A stretch of DNA of 64,000 bases from an uncultured Candidatus Saccharibacteria bacterium (GTDB lineage: Bacteria > Patescibacteriota > Minisyncoccia > Phycocordibacterales > UBA1006). This document shows, piece by piece, positions 9,295-19,724 of the stretch. The stretch is from NCBI GenBank assembly GCA_964601935.1, contig CAZROP010000004.1:6493-70492 (forward strand), in the 5' to 3' direction. A program made the translations under genes and the position numbers. The notes beneath the pieces were generated by a model. The model ran no database searches, was not told where the DNA came from, and saw only the letters and a list, made by a program, of their open reading frames with translations. Position 1 is the first letter of the stretch; each line of letters starts with the position of its first letter.

Positions 9295-9858
9295 CTATTT
9301 GCATGTAGTCGACGGCTCCAGTCCTTCGATCTCGGCTTCTTCGGCGCTGACAAAGTATACGCGGTTTTCTGGTTTGATGCGATCTGCGGATTTACATCCT
9401 ACAGGGTAGTACTTTGCTCCATTTTTCGAGGCAACATACGCACGAGCGCTATTCCCTCCTGTGACAGGCTCATTGCCTGCATCATTGAGTTCAGATTTTG
9501 ATTTGTTAGAAATAGCTCCTTCAGAATAATAATTATAGGACTCTACATACGGCTGCTGGGCGCTGATGGTCGTAGTTGTCTTCGACTTTTGAGCCCATGA
9601 GACATCTGATGCTGCCCCCTCCCCTTGTGTTGGACTATTGACGAGTTGAAGATTGTTAGGTAATTGTTGAATATCTAATTCGGCTCCATTATGCGGGCGA
9701 ATGAAGCGCGTTCCAGATTCAGATGACTGTACTTGCGAGGCTGTGTTGGAGTTTCCAATACGATAGCCGAGATATAAACTGAGTAATATCATAATAAAAC
9801 TTAATAACGTATATGTCAAATCTCTTTTTGATACTGATATCTTGATTTCTTTGTCCAT
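9295..9858 (-). CDS. Membrane-anchored protein with C-terminal Ada-like metal-binding domain
   Basis: N-terminal TM; YVASKNGAKYYPVGC...IKPENRVYFVSAEEA..EG..P...C; start uncertain. Confidence 0.75.
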   Translation of the reverse strand: MDKEIKISVSKRDLTYTLLSFIMILLSLYLGYRIGNSNTASQVQSSESGTRFIRPHNGAELDIQQLPNNLQLVNSPTQGEGAASDVSWAQKSKTTTTISAQQPYVESYNYYSEGAISNKSKSELNDAGNEPVTGGNSARAYVASKNGAKYYPVGCKSADRIKPENRVYFVSAEEAEIEGLEPSTTCK

Positions 9859-9965
9859 AATAGGTATACTAGTCCCTGTTACTCGATTATCAGGGTCACC
9901 GGAATGAATAGTCACCATTCACGATTACGAATAATACAAACACAATTGTACATATATAATACAGT

Positions 9966-10295
9966 ATGGCAACCAAACTCGCCGCCGGTAAGGCCTCCCG
10001 TACCGGTGACTCTAATCCACAGTTTCTAGGGACCAAAAAATACGATGGTCAGGTCGTAAAGAATGGTGATATTATCATTCGTCAGCGTGGTAGCAATATC
10101 GTTGCTGGGAAAAACGTTCGTACGGCTCAGGACTACACCCTGTATGCAGTCGCTGACGGTATCGTAAAGTTCTCACGAACACGCAAGGTATCGTTCAATG
10201 GCAAAACTCTTACAAAGAAAGTAGTCAATGTAATGCCAAAGAAAGAAAAAGAAGAGGCGCCATCCCCTGCCCCCAAGAAAAAGACTTCTAAATAA
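9966..10295 (+). CDS. rpmA: 50S ribosomal protein L27
   Basis: MATKLAAG...DSNPQFLGTK...GDIIIRQRG...DYTLYA..DG.VKF. Confidence 0.95.
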   Translation: MATKLAAGKASRTGDSNPQFLGTKKYDGQVVKNGDIIIRQRGSNIVAGKNVRTAQDYTLYAVADGIVKFSRTRKVSFNGKTLTKKVVNVMPKKEKEEAPSPAPKKKTSK

Positions 10296-10304
10296 TACAA
10301 TTAC

Positions 10305-10335
10305 AAAAAACCTTTACATGATGTAAAGGTTTTTT
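10305..10335. terminator. Bidirectional intrinsic terminator
   Basis: AAAAAACCTTTACAT-G-ATGTAAAGGTTTTTT. Confidence 0.8.
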
Positions 10336-10444
10336 GTTGTGATCCATCTTTGCTATTTACAAAAATCCGAAACTGTTTGAGTCATCAGACGAGTTTTGCA
10401 GGATTGTTAGAAACGCAAAGATGGATCAGGGTAATGGAAGTTAT

Positions 10445-10879
10445 TTACTTTTCTGAGACTACTTCAAGGGTGCAGTCATGGGTACCTACCTGTATCGTGT
10501 ATTTCCCTGTCTTCTTTATTACAGGTATATGTATATGCTCTTGGTGGATAGACGATCGCAAATGTGCCGGGATACGCGCATGAATTGCTGAGACGATTTC
10601 TCGTTCATGGATTGCTTTGTACAGCGACCCGTGACTGTCCGCACGAGCTGGTATGGCAAGAGGAGATTCTGCTAGGGTTTCATATACTTTGGGCGGAACT
10701 TCGTTACTAGTTGATTGGCCAGTATTAGTAAGGTTTTGATATTTAGCCAGGTTCCCAGGAGTCGCCTCCAATGCTTTTTTCAGAGGTATGAGTTTATTGC
10801 GTGCCAAACCATCAGCGACCGTAACGACCGCACCTTTTTTCCCTATATCTTTGACATTATCCAGAAGCAGTACTTTCAT
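10445..10879 (-). CDS. rplI: 50S ribosomal protein L9
   Basis: MKVLLLDNVKDIGKKGAVVTVADGLARNKLIP...GSLY...IKKTGKYTI. Confidence 0.9.
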   Translation of the reverse strand: MKVLLLDNVKDIGKKGAVVTVADGLARNKLIPLKKALEATPGNLAKYQNLTNTGQSTSNEVPPKVYETLAESPLAIPARADSHGSLYKAIHEREIVSAIHARIPAHLRSSIHQEHIHIPVIKKTGKYTIQVGTHDCTLEVVSEK

Positions 10880-10895
10880 AGGCTTCCAGTATATA

Positions 10896-12068
10896 CTATT
10901 TTCCTGTTTGGATAAACTGGATACCACGATTTAGCACCTCGTCTATAGTGTCAGTGTAATTAGAGTCTTCGAGAGCAATATCAGGGGACACGCCCTTGTC
11001 TGATATAGAGTTATTGTTGGGTGTATACCATTTTGCTACGGTGATTTTGATGCCTGACCCATCCGACATATCAACTAATTCCTGCACTGATCCTTTGCCG
11101 AATGTAGTAGATCCTATAATAGTAGCACGTTTGTGATCCTGTAGTGCTCCTGCCAATATTTCTGACGCAGAGGCACTCCCCTGATTAACCAGTACTACTA
11201 ATTTCATATTTGAATTGAGGATATTGTATCCTTGGCTTTTGAACAGGTCTTCTTTTTTATTTTCTGTTCCCGGGCGCTCGCGTACTATGACCGTATTTTC
11301 AGGTAGAATCATGCTTGCGATTTCTATAGAACTATCCAGCAGCCCTCCCGGATTACCCCGGAGGTCCAGAATGACCCCGCTCCTCCCTGCTCGCTGTGCT
11401 GCAGCCAACATCGTTCGGATTTGATCTACTGATTCGCGAGTAAATGTATAGAGAGAAATAACCTCTATCGTGCCGCGTGTTTCTGATTTTGTTGTAGGAA
11501 TAGCAATAGTGTCGCGAACTGTAGTGATACTGATGGGCTGCACTTGATTTTTGCGGACAACTTCTATCGTAATTGGTGTACCTTTGGGTCCACGAATCTT
11601 TTGGATTATTTCATCCATCGACAATTCCGTAACGTCCTCTTTCTCTATTTTATAGATGATATCACCTGCTAAAAATCCTGATTTTTCTGCAGGAGATCCT
11701 TTTATCGGTGTAATAACAGTCAATAAGCCGTCTTTCATGCCCACCTCTATTCCGATACCTGAGAATGACCCCTGGACAGAATCCTTCAGACTTTTCAACT
11801 GATCGCGAGAGAGATACGTAGTATAAGGATCATTATAGCTTTCCACTAAACCACTAATTGCGCCCTCGATCTGTTTGGATTGTTTTGGGATTTTATCTTT
11901 GAACGGGTAGTTTTCGCGCAGTATTTGTGATGCCTCCCAGAATTTAGTGAGATCAACTTTATATGTGGTGGAAGCGTCTACAAAGGTAGCAGAGAAATAT
12001 CCTGCAAAAAATAGGACGCAAGCACCAACAATAATAGGTAGTGTATTAGAACGAACGGGTGATGACAT
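10896..12068 (-). CDS. ctpA: S41 family carboxyl-terminal processing protease
   Basis: DPYTTY, PDZ GIGIEV/SPAEKSG, LDLRGNPGG, SASASEILAGALQD, TFGKGSVQ. Confidence 0.93.
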   Translation of the reverse strand: MSSPVRSNTLPIIVGACVLFFAGYFSATFVDASTTYKVDLTKFWEASQILRENYPFKDKIPKQSKQIEGAISGLVESYNDPYTTYLSRDQLKSLKDSVQGSFSGIGIEVGMKDGLLTVITPIKGSPAEKSGFLAGDIIYKIEKEDVTELSMDEIIQKIRGPKGTPITIEVVRKNQVQPISITTVRDTIAIPTTKSETRGTIEVISLYTFTRESVDQIRTMLAAAQRAGRSGVILDLRGNPGGLLDSSIEIASMILPENTVIVRERPGTENKKEDLFKSQGYNILNSNMKLVVLVNQGSASASEILAGALQDHKRATIIGSTTFGKGSVQELVDMSDGSGIKITVAKWYTPNNNSISDKGVSPDIALEDSNYTDTIDEVLNRGIQFIQTGK

Positions 12069-12088
12069 AGTCAGATTAGTATATCATA

Positions 12089-13291
12089 TTAGTCAGTGTC
12101 TGGAAGCACATATCCAGCCTGTGTATACTGATTTGCTGGATCCCAAGATAACCATGACTGGATACCGAGCTTTTCTAATGCTTGTATCTGAGCTTTTACC
12201 TCTGGTTCTCCGTACTGAGCACCCAAATCAAAATCCTGTATCCAGGGTCGTATTTTGGTAATAGGCTCACCGAGAGCGGTTGTTTTAGTGATGGCCCCCT
12301 CTATCGCCTTGAATACTACTTCATATGGATATTCTGCAGGGTTATCAAATCCGAATGATCCAGGTGCGTAGTGAGAAGGATAAATCATAGGCGCAAGATA
12401 GTCCACATGTGGAAGTATATCTTCCCATACCTGCCCTATCCCGATATCACTTCCCTGTGCTGTAGTAGTCAGTCCAAATACATCAGCTGATAATGGAATT
12501 CCACCCTCAGCCCGTAGTTTGACATCCAAGGTTTTGAAAAACTTTGTTATCTCGCGACGCTTGGTGGAATTATCAGGAATAAGGATGTCTGACGTCGGAC
12601 CTTCGCTCGGGTAACGTACATAGTCGATATTGATTTCATCTATACCTAATCTGTAGGCCTCCTGTGCTAGAGCAACTATGTAGTCGTGATATTCGGTATT
12701 AGACGGATCAACCCATTTATGATTCCCTTTGTAATCATGCCAGGGGAGCCCGTCTGATGATCGCAGTCCCCACTCAGGTTTTTGTTGAACAATATAAGGG
12801 TCCTCGAAGGCCGAGATACGCCCTATGACATAAATCCCGTGTTTGTGAAAATCCCTCACAGCAGTACGCAGCGAGCTGATTTTTTGTGAATAGACTCCCA
12901 AAGCCTTCAACGCAGAGTCAGAACCAGTGTACGTAACTCTCCCTGTAGCGTCTTTGATATCGATAACCACGCTATTAAGGTTATTGGATGTGACAATAGC
13001 ATTAATTAATGCTGTACGGCGCTTTTGTATGCCAGTAGTCCAACCCGACAAATATAGTGCGCGAACCTGATCAGGTGTTGACACATGGCTCTGGGTCAGG
13101 GGTAGTTGCGCATTCCAAGATTCTTCTGCTCGTACATATCGCACTTGAGGTTTTGAATGTACTCCATAACTTTGATTAGATTGGTCCATAAATGCAGCTA
13201 TACTCCACCCCCCTAATGCACACATACCACCCAAGGCAAAGGCGGTGATATGACGACGTCTATGAGGTGTATGCATTGGCTCGTTATGCAT
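12089..13291 (-). CDS. Putative glycoside hydrolase (DUF4015-like TIM barrel)
   Basis: NSVVIDIKD, IGRI..FED, WVDP, DEINIDYVRYP, ADVFG, PMIYPSHY, RPWIQDF. Confidence 0.85.
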   Translation of the reverse strand: MHNEPMHTPHRRRHITAFALGGMCALGGWSIAAFMDQSNQSYGVHSKPQVRYVRAEESWNAQLPLTQSHVSTPDQVRALYLSGWTTGIQKRRTALINAIVTSNNLNSVVIDIKDATGRVTYTGSDSALKALGVYSQKISSLRTAVRDFHKHGIYVIGRISAFEDPYIVQQKPEWGLRSSDGLPWHDYKGNHKWVDPSNTEYHDYIVALAQEAYRLGIDEINIDYVRYPSEGPTSDILIPDNSTKRREITKFFKTLDVKLRAEGGIPLSADVFGLTTTAQGSDIGIGQVWEDILPHVDYLAPMIYPSHYAPGSFGFDNPAEYPYEVVFKAIEGAITKTTALGEPITKIRPWIQDFDLGAQYGEPEVKAQIQALEKLGIQSWLSWDPANQYTQAGYVLPDTD

Positions 13292-13300
13292 AGAGGCAGA

Positions 13301-13561
13301 CTACTTTTCAGGTTTATTGTGCTCGCGCTGCTTGCGTCCTTCTTGCTCTAATTTATGAAATAGATGAGGTATTGACATCATGCCATTATGGCTATGCATA
13401 TAACGATTTATTTTATTGCGCCAACGTAGATAGGTTGCTGCAAATACCATTGCAACTCCAATGAGTATCGACAGTACTGTAACAAATGAGTCAGCAAAAG
13501 GTATGCAGTGAATAATGATCAAAAGCAGTCCGGAATAACCAATACAGCGTTCGAGCGTCAT
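13301..13561 (-). CDS. Small membrane protein
   Basis: Two TM helices; collinear with its neighbours. Confidence 0.7.
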   Translation of the reverse strand: MTLERCIGYSGLLLIIIHCIPFADSFVTVLSILIGVAMVFAATYLRWRNKINRYMHSHNGMMSIPHLFHKLEQEGRKQREHNKPEK

Positions 13562-13584
13562 AATATGGCAATTATATAATATAT

Positions 13585-14283
13585 TTACTTACAAGTAAAT
13601 AACATTACGAACTCCCCTTTTGTTTTGTGTGGTTGAGATAAGTAATTCACTATCTCGGTAGGTGTTCCCGAAACTAGTTCTTCGTGGAGCTTTGTCATTT
13701 CGCGACAGACTGTAATGCGGATATCAGGTGCATGCTCAACGAACCATGCAGCTGTTTTTTCTATACGATGAGATGATTCATAGGCAACGATAGGATATAC
13801 ATATTTCTCCCGCTGTAATATCGTTACGATAGTTTGAAACAAGGTTTCGCGGCCTTTTTTATGTGGAATAAATCCAACAAACTGGAACCCGTGACTGGTA
13901 TCTAACCCTGACCATGCAATTGCGTTGGTTATGGCGCTCGGACCACCAATAACCTCTATGGTAGTATCTGGCAGTTTGGTACGAATGCAAGCTATCAAAT
14001 AGGTCCCGGGGTCAGAAACACCCGGCATACCAGCATCTGATACAAACGCTACGTGCTTGCCGGATACAAGAGATTCGATAACCTTGGGCTCTACTGAATT
14101 GTGTGAGTGTTCATCATAGGACCACAGAGGCTTGGAAGCTATTTTGTAGTGGAAGAGGAGTCCTTTAGTGACGCGCGTATCTTCGCAGATCAAAATATCG
14201 CATTCGGAAAGCGTACGCAAGGCGCGCAGTGTGATATCTTCCAGATTACCTATTGGGGTTCCTATGATAGATAGTCGAGACAT
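13585..14283 (-). CDS. rsmI: 16S rRNA (cytidine1402-2'-O)-methyltransferase
   Basis: GTPIGNLEDITLRAL, CEDTRVT, VSDAGMPGVSDPG, YES.HR, REMTKLHEE, KGEFV. Confidence 0.95.
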   Translation of the reverse strand: MSRLSIIGTPIGNLEDITLRALRTLSECDILICEDTRVTKGLLFHYKIASKPLWSYDEHSHNSVEPKVIESLVSGKHVAFVSDAGMPGVSDPGTYLIACIRTKLPDTTIEVIGGPSAITNAIAWSGLDTSHGFQFVGFIPHKKGRETLFQTIVTILQREKYVYPIVAYESSHRIEKTAAWFVEHAPDIRITVCREMTKLHEELVSGTPTEIVNYLSQPHKTKGEFVMLFTCK

Positions 14284-14313
14284 ATATTCTTGTAAACAAC
14301 ACGATTGTTCTTG

Positions 14314-14387
14314 TGCTTGGAGGCAGACTCGAACTGCCGACCCCTCCCTCTTCAGGGGAGTGCTCTAACCAACTGAGCTACCCAAGC
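14314..14387 (-). tRNA. tRNA-Phe (GAA)
   Basis: GCTTGGGTAGCTCAGTTGGTTAGAGCACTCCCCT-GAA-GAGGGAGGGGTCGGCAGTTCGAGTCTGCCTCCAAGCA. Confidence 0.95.
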
Positions 14388-14489
14388 GCGCCACACAGAG
14401 TTATTTCTCTGTTACCTGTGAATAATAGCATATATGCATAATATTTCCAGTGTATACTGTGGTTGTTATTAGTTTAACGACGAGAAACT

Positions 14490-14750
14490 ATGTACTATTT
14501 CGAAATTATCAAGAACAAGAAAGAAGAATTCGTTCTTGGACTTCGTGCCAAAAATAGCGAGCTAATCTTTAAAACAGAAGGCTACGCTACGAAAGCACAT
14601 GCCAAAAAAATGGCATCAAAAATAATTGGCCTCACCGAGGAGGTTGAGGTCCGTGATTTGACTGTTATACCCAAAGTCGACAAGACTACAGCAAAGAAAC
14701 CTGTAGCTAAAAAACAAAAAACTCAGAAACATACTGAATCTGCAGAGTAA
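14490..14750 (+). CDS. DUF1508/YegP family protein
   Basis: YFEIIKNKKEEF...LRAKNSELI..TEGYATK..A. Confidence 0.8.
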   Translation: MYYFEIIKNKKEEFVLGLRAKNSELIFKTEGYATKAHAKKMASKIIGLTEEVEVRDLTVIPKVDKTTAKKPVAKKQKTQKHTESAE

Positions 14751-14804
14751 TATCCTCTATTACCTACACTCAGATATATCCTATCCGACCAACCTAATAA
14801 CGAC

Positions 14805-14834
14805 AAAAAACCGCGCGTCATGACGCGGGTTTTT
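14805..14834. terminator. Bidirectional intrinsic terminator
   Basis: AAAAAACCGCGCGTCATGACGCGGGTTTTT. Confidence 0.75.
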
Positions 14835-14853
14835 GTTTTTAGGGAGCTTATTA

Positions 14854-15372
14854 TTATTTGGACCGGCTCTTCTGGTGGACAGCAAAGTCGTGACTAGTTT
14901 CGTATGAGAATAGCTCACTCTCTGAAAACCAGTGTGAGATTTCTGCCGCAGCCTCCTCTTCATCGCCTGAAGCATGAATAACGTTGTAAACATCAGATTT
15001 GACCTTGTCTGCATATGCAAAACTGAGATGTGCGTAGTCACCACGAATAGTTCCAGGTGCGGCAGATTTTGGCTCTGTTGAACCAACTAATTTGCGTACT
15101 AATGTTACGGCTTCGACACCTTCTAGTACGAATGCCAACACAGGCCCCTCCTGCATAAGCTTTAGTGTGGTATTAAATACATCCTCGCCTCGTCGAGTAA
15201 TGACCTTCCCTATTGTTTCGTAGTGATGATGGAAATGCTCCACATCTGGCTGAAGCATTTTTGATCCGACAATTTTTAGTCCAACTTTTTCAAATCGTGC
15301 AAGAATTTCCCCCACGATACCTCGTTGTACTGCATGAGGCTTAAAAACAATAAGAGTTCGTTCTAATTCCAT
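14854..15372 (-). CDS. ndk: Nucleoside diphosphate kinase
   Basis: ERTLIVFKPHAVQRGIVGEILARFE, APGTIRGD, NVIHASG; start reassigned to MELERT. Confidence 0.95.
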   Translation of the reverse strand: MELERTLIVFKPHAVQRGIVGEILARFEKVGLKIVGSKMLQPDVEHFHHHYETIGKVITRRGEDVFNTTLKLMQEGPVLAFVLEGVEAVTLVRKLVGSTEPKSAAPGTIRGDYAHLSFAYADKVKSDVYNVIHASGDEEEAAAEISHWFSESELFSYETSHDFAVHQKSRSK

Positions 15373-15450
15373 AATTAATTCGTTAATTTCTAAGGTTATA
15401 GAAATTATAGTATTATTAGCTTGTAACCTGGTCATACTAGCATAGATTCT

Positions 15451-15690
15451 ATGAATCCTCTATATACAGATTATCGGGTAAAAGTATTCGCACGCCATCC
15501 TCTAGAAGGAGTTGTTTTGATGGAGGACGGACGTTTAGCTGTATATACTAAAATGCCCGCGGAACACAATCTTGCGAACCTCGACATAATATTGCAGATT
15601 TCCAGGCACTTTAACGCACCTCAGAAACAGGTAGTGCTGGTTCGCGGTCACACACTGCCCAACAAAACTATTCGAATATACACAACATAG
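15451..15690 (+). CDS. DUF167 (YggU-like) protein
   Basis: V.TKMPAEHNLAN..I...ISRHF..P...V.LVRG.T..NKTIRI. Confidence 0.75.
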   Translation: MNPLYTDYRVKVFARHPLEGVVLMEDGRLAVYTKMPAEHNLANLDIILQISRHFNAPQKQVVLVRGHTLPNKTIRIYTT

Positions 15691-15720
15691 CCGGTACCTC
15701 ATGGTACACTAATACTGTTT

Positions 15721-18700
15721 ATGCGTATTATTTTTAGGACTTTTATTCTCTTTCTGGTCACAGTAAGTGGTGTGCAACCAGTACTAGCTCAAGTGTCCGA
15801 TAGCAATGTTGATGCAGTACAGGTGCTCATTGCACCCGAAGAAGCTACTCAATCCAAGAGTACTGCTTTAGAAATTGTAGAAGAGGCGTTAGAACTACCC
15901 GACATTCAGTACGATATTCAAAGAGAAGTTACTGATACTGTATTTTTGACCACCATCAATGCTGCTGATTTTCAGGAGCTACAGAATGATCCTAGTATTT
16001 TAGTACAGAAGAATGAGTACAGACGGCTGTTCACCTCATCCGACACCCTATCATTGATCGGTGCAAATACGGTACACGCACTGCCTAATGGAACCGGATC
16101 AGAATATGCTACCGCCATAATCGATAGCGGAATACGCGGGACACATGATTTTTTCACCACACTAGGCACAGTCTTCGATGCGAGCACCAATCCTAGTCGC
16201 GTTATACTGGAATACTGTCAATCAGGAGGACTACCTATTGTAGACGGGTTTGGAAACTATATACTCGATGGCCTGGGACACAGACTATACCAGGGCATAT
16301 CCATGTGCAGCGGAAATGAGTCTTCTCCAACTATTATTAATGGATTTACCTATTATTCCAACACTATTGTGGCGACAACAGCCTCCTCGCCTGCAGCTTC
16401 GGCTCCTTGCCTGGGTGAGTATCCAGGGTTTGATACTGACTGTAGACACGGCAGCCATGTCGCAGGCATAGCGGCAGGCACAGCCGCAAGCTATAGCGGC
16501 ACCGCCTATTCAGGCATTGCACCCGCGTCCCCAATAATTTCTTTTAATATATTCACAAAATATACTGATGCTAGTGTCTGTGGTAGCGGAGATCCTTGTT
16601 TAGCTGCAACTGACGCCGATATATTATCAGCATTGTCACAGCTGGAGAACCTGGTCGTTGAAGGAGAAAAAGTAGGCTCTGTAAATCTATCCTTGGGTGG
16701 CGCCGCCTATGCCAATCAGTCGCAGTGCGATCAGAATAATATCCTGTACTACTATGCATTCCAGCGGCTACGCACATTGGGTGTCCCTGTCATCGTTGCC
16801 GCAGGTAATAATGGCTATGTCAATGGGATATCGTCTCCTGGATGTGTTTCAACCGCATACTCTGTAGGCGCTACAACAATTACATCTCCCGGGGTTGATC
16901 AGATCGCATCCTATTCTAATATTGCTTCATTCATAGACTACCTTGCTCCTGGAACGCTCCTAACGTCAGCAAATTCTGATACTGCTAGTGGATTTTTTAG
17001 CCTATCAGGAACATCTATGGCAACACCTATTGTGGCAGGTGCATTTACAGTATTGCGATCACTATTCGACGGGACTCATGCGCCCTACCCTTATCGTAGT
17101 CTCGATGCAATTGCCCATGCCCTAACCACAACAGGACTACCTCTCGACGATGTCCGCCCTGGAGGAGTTATTGATGCTATTCCACGCATTCGCATGGATG
17201 CTGCGGTTACGCAGTTGGCAAATATGCCCTATATCACCCTACCCAATCAAAGTACGGTGAATATCTCATACCCTCTAGCCTATGCCTTCGAGGTGTCGAG
17301 CGGAGATGATATTGAAGCTCAGGATATTATTATTGATCCTAGTTCGACTGTTACTACCGATGATTTCTCTTGTACTCCTGCCTCATCATCATTTTATGAC
17401 TGCGATATCACTATTTTGTCCGATGGTAATCTGCGACTATCTGTTACGGATACCAATAATCAATCCTATACCACACCTGCCCAGACCTTCAGTAGCATCC
17501 CTATTGTGAGTAACATCACTACAACGACTGCAAGCGGTTCTTACTCCACAGGCACAGTCATTCCCATAAACGCTACTATTACGGGAACAGATTCAGCACT
17601 GCGAGTAGGATCTCGTTTTTCCGCCCTACTGAACAACGGTGTTTCGGTAACACTCACTGCTACAAATTCATCATCAAATACTCTCACGGGCTCCTATACC
17701 ATTGGAAGCCTAGGGTCTGGACAAGATACTTCGAAACTGCAAGTTGTAAGCATTTCATCTGTGGTACTCACCGAATTAGACGGCACAATCTACGGTAATG
17801 CAGCATTCAACCCTTCTGTAGTTGGCGCCAACCTGGATCAGTCGGGCAAGGTAATTATTATTGATGTTACAGCACCTACCATCATCTCTGCTGTATTATC
17901 AGGAGGGTCACCGACAATCACAACGGGTAACACCATCACCTTGACCCTGACGACAAACAAGGCAATATCCTCTACCACAATAACTATTAACAATGCTGCA
18001 TCGAACATTAATCACATCAACGCTACTACCGTTCAGGCGACCCGAGTAGTACAGCCTAGCGAGACAGGATCGGTTGTATTTTCCGCGCGGGTAACTGATC
18101 AGTTTGGAAATAATTCTGGCGTAGTCACGACCACTACTGATAATAGCTCTCTGATAATGGAATCCATCCCCACCACAGTATCGTCTAGTGGTGGTGGAGG
18201 AGGAGGCGGGGGTGCGGCAACGCCCGCTGCACTACCTGTTGCAGACAAGCTGTCGTTCTGTTCTGCCGAACTAACCAACACATTAACAGAAGGTACTTCG
18301 TCCACTCAGGTGCTGTATGTTGAAACTGCTTTACAGATTGCAGGATTCTTTGGTAGCTTGCCTAATCTAGATTACAACAGTGGCACTACTGCAGCAGTCA
18401 AAAGCTTCCAAGCACGATATTCCCCTTCACATATAACAGGCGTAGTGGATGCGCAGACATGGAAGCTGTTGCAATTCTATGGCGGCTGTGGCACGAATGA
18501 TAACAAAAAAGTACCCGCTGCCACGAGTGCTTTACAGAAAAGCATTGCACCAACCACCTACCCTGATCTCAAAAAAACTCTCAGGAGCGGCGACCGCTCA
18601 CCTGCAGTAGCCACCACACGCACCCTACTAGCAAAATTAGGATATCTCAAACCCGTCAAAAAGCCCTCCTCACTACTAAACTCATCCTTAGCAAAATCGA

Positions 18701-18789
18701 TAAAGACATTCCAAAAACAAAATAAGTTAACGGCGACAGGACGAATCGATCAAAAAACCTACGCACTACTCATAAAGCTTGTTAAATAA
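15721..18789 (+). CDS. Secreted S8 subtilisin-like protease with Ig-like stalk and C-terminal peptidoglycan-binding domains
   Basis: Signal peptide; triad AIIDSG, HGSHVAGIAAG, SGTSMATP; poly-Gly linker; TTAAVKSFQ and IKTFQKQNKLTATG PG-binding repeats. Confidence 0.9.
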   Translation: MRIIFRTFILFLVTVSGVQPVLAQVSDSNVDAVQVLIAPEEATQSKSTALEIVEEALELPDIQYDIQREVTDTVFLTTINAADFQELQNDPSILVQKNEYRRLFTSSDTLSLIGANTVHALPNGTGSEYATAIIDSGIRGTHDFFTTLGTVFDASTNPSRVILEYCQSGGLPIVDGFGNYILDGLGHRLYQGISMCSGNESSPTIINGFTYYSNTIVATTASSPAASAPCLGEYPGFDTDCRHGSHVAGIAAGTAASYSGTAYSGIAPASPIISFNIFTKYTDASVCGSGDPCLAATDADILSALSQLENLVVEGEKVGSVNLSLGGAAYANQSQCDQNNILYYYAFQRLRTLGVPVIVAAGNNGYVNGISSPGCVSTAYSVGATTITSPGVDQIASYSNIASFIDYLAPGTLLTSANSDTASGFFSLSGTSMATPIVAGAFTVLRSLFDGTHAPYPYRSLDAIAHALTTTGLPLDDVRPGGVIDAIPRIRMDAAVTQLANMPYITLPNQSTVNISYPLAYAFEVSSGDDIEAQDIIIDPSSTVTTDDFSCTPASSSFYDCDITILSDGNLRLSVTDTNNQSYTTPAQTFSSIPIVSNITTTTASGSYSTGTVIPINATITGTDSALRVGSRFSALLNNGVSVTLTATNSSSNTLTGSYTIGSLGSGQDTSKLQVVSISSVVLTELDGTIYGNAAFNPSVVGANLDQSGKVIIIDVTAPTIISAVLSGGSPTITTGNTITLTLTTNKAISSTTITINNAASNINHINATTVQATRVVQPSETGSVVFSARVTDQFGNNSGVVTTTTDNSSLIMESIPTTVSSSGGGGGGGGAATPAALPVADKLSFCSAELTNTLTEGTSSTQVLYVETALQIAGFFGSLPNLDYNSGTTAAVKSFQARYSPSHITGVVDAQTWKLLQFYGGCGTNDNKKVPAATSALQKSIAPTTYPDLKKTLRSGDRSPAVATTRTLLAKLGYLKPVKKPSSLLNSSLAKSIKTFQKQNKLTATGRIDQKTYALLIKLVK

Positions 18790-18828
18790 CGAGCGTCGTG
18801 ATAGAACACTCTATAAAATCAAACTATC

Positions 18829-19419
18829 ATGAATGAACATATTAAAAAGTACGGGGTGCTTGCTCTAAACTGTGGCGCCCTGTTGGCAGGTATATGGATT
18901 GCGAGTACTCATATCGGCCAACTACTTTCTACACCAGGATTAGTGTTGATATGCTGCACCCTATTTCTAGGGTATCAACTTGGCAAATGGACGTGCCATG
19001 CCCACGCTCGCAATATAGGGCTGTGGGTTACAGTCGGTATATTTACCATTCTTAACTTTACCCACTCTCTCATTGATGGGGCCAGCTTGGCGGCGGGCTT
19101 CGGCAGACGTATAGAGTCTGTCCAATGGGCAGCATTATTGTCGCACGAACTGGCGCGCCAGCCTGCTCTCTACATTATGATCCTTGCCATTCTGGCACCA
19201 CTCCGTAGCAAGTGGCTGTTGGCGCCCCTACTAGTTACTGGTGTATGGTGGACGGGTCTGCAACTTGGCAAATCTACTGGGTCGATCGTACGCGATGTCC
19301 ACGGACTGGAACTGGTTACGAACTTAGGTTTATTCCTATTTCTAGGAGACATCCTCCATCATCTACGTGAAGAATGGGAGAAGATCACTGGTAAAAATAA
19401 ATGCTGCCATGATCATTAG
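18829..19419 (+). CDS. His-rich membrane protein
   Basis: 5-6 TM segments with CHAH, HSLIDG, SHE, HH and a terminal CCHDH. Confidence 0.7.
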   Translation: MNEHIKKYGVLALNCGALLAGIWIASTHIGQLLSTPGLVLICCTLFLGYQLGKWTCHAHARNIGLWVTVGIFTILNFTHSLIDGASLAAGFGRRIESVQWAALLSHELARQPALYIMILAILAPLRSKWLLAPLLVTGVWWTGLQLGKSTGSIVRDVHGLELVTNLGLFLFLGDILHHLREEWEKITGKNKCCHDH

Positions 19420-19429
19420 TTGCCATTAT

Positions 19430-19464
19430 AAAAACACTGATTCCTTGCCAGGAATCAGTGTTTT
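19430..19464. terminator. Bidirectional intrinsic terminator
   Basis: AAAAACACTGATTCCT-TGCC-AGGAATCAGTGTTTT. Confidence 0.8.
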
Positions 19465-19467
19465 AAA

Positions 19468-19719
19468 TTATGAGCCTATTAGCTCTTGCTTCTGCTGTCG
19501 CGTGAGTGATTTTATGTATGCCTCCTGCTGACTAGCCTGTGATCTATCGGGACATTGCTGTTGATACACCAATGTTACCGGTTGGCGCGCCCTGGTATAG
19601 CGCGCACCTTTTCCTTGTACACTATTATGCTCTCTAATACGCCTCTCAACATCGGCTGTGATCCCGCAGTAGAACGTCCCATCTGCGCATCGTACAATAT
19701 AGACCCAGTACACACGCAT
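19468..19719 (-). CDS. GIY-YIG nuclease family protein (UPF0213)
   Basis: WVYIVRCADGTFYCGIT.DVERR..EHN...GARYTRAR.PV.LVY...E..IK.L.R..K. Confidence 0.92.
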   Translation of the reverse strand: MRVYWVYIVRCADGTFYCGITADVERRIREHNSVQGKGARYTRARQPVTLVYQQQCPDRSQASQQEAYIKSLTRQQKQELIGS

Positions 19720-19724
19720 GATAA

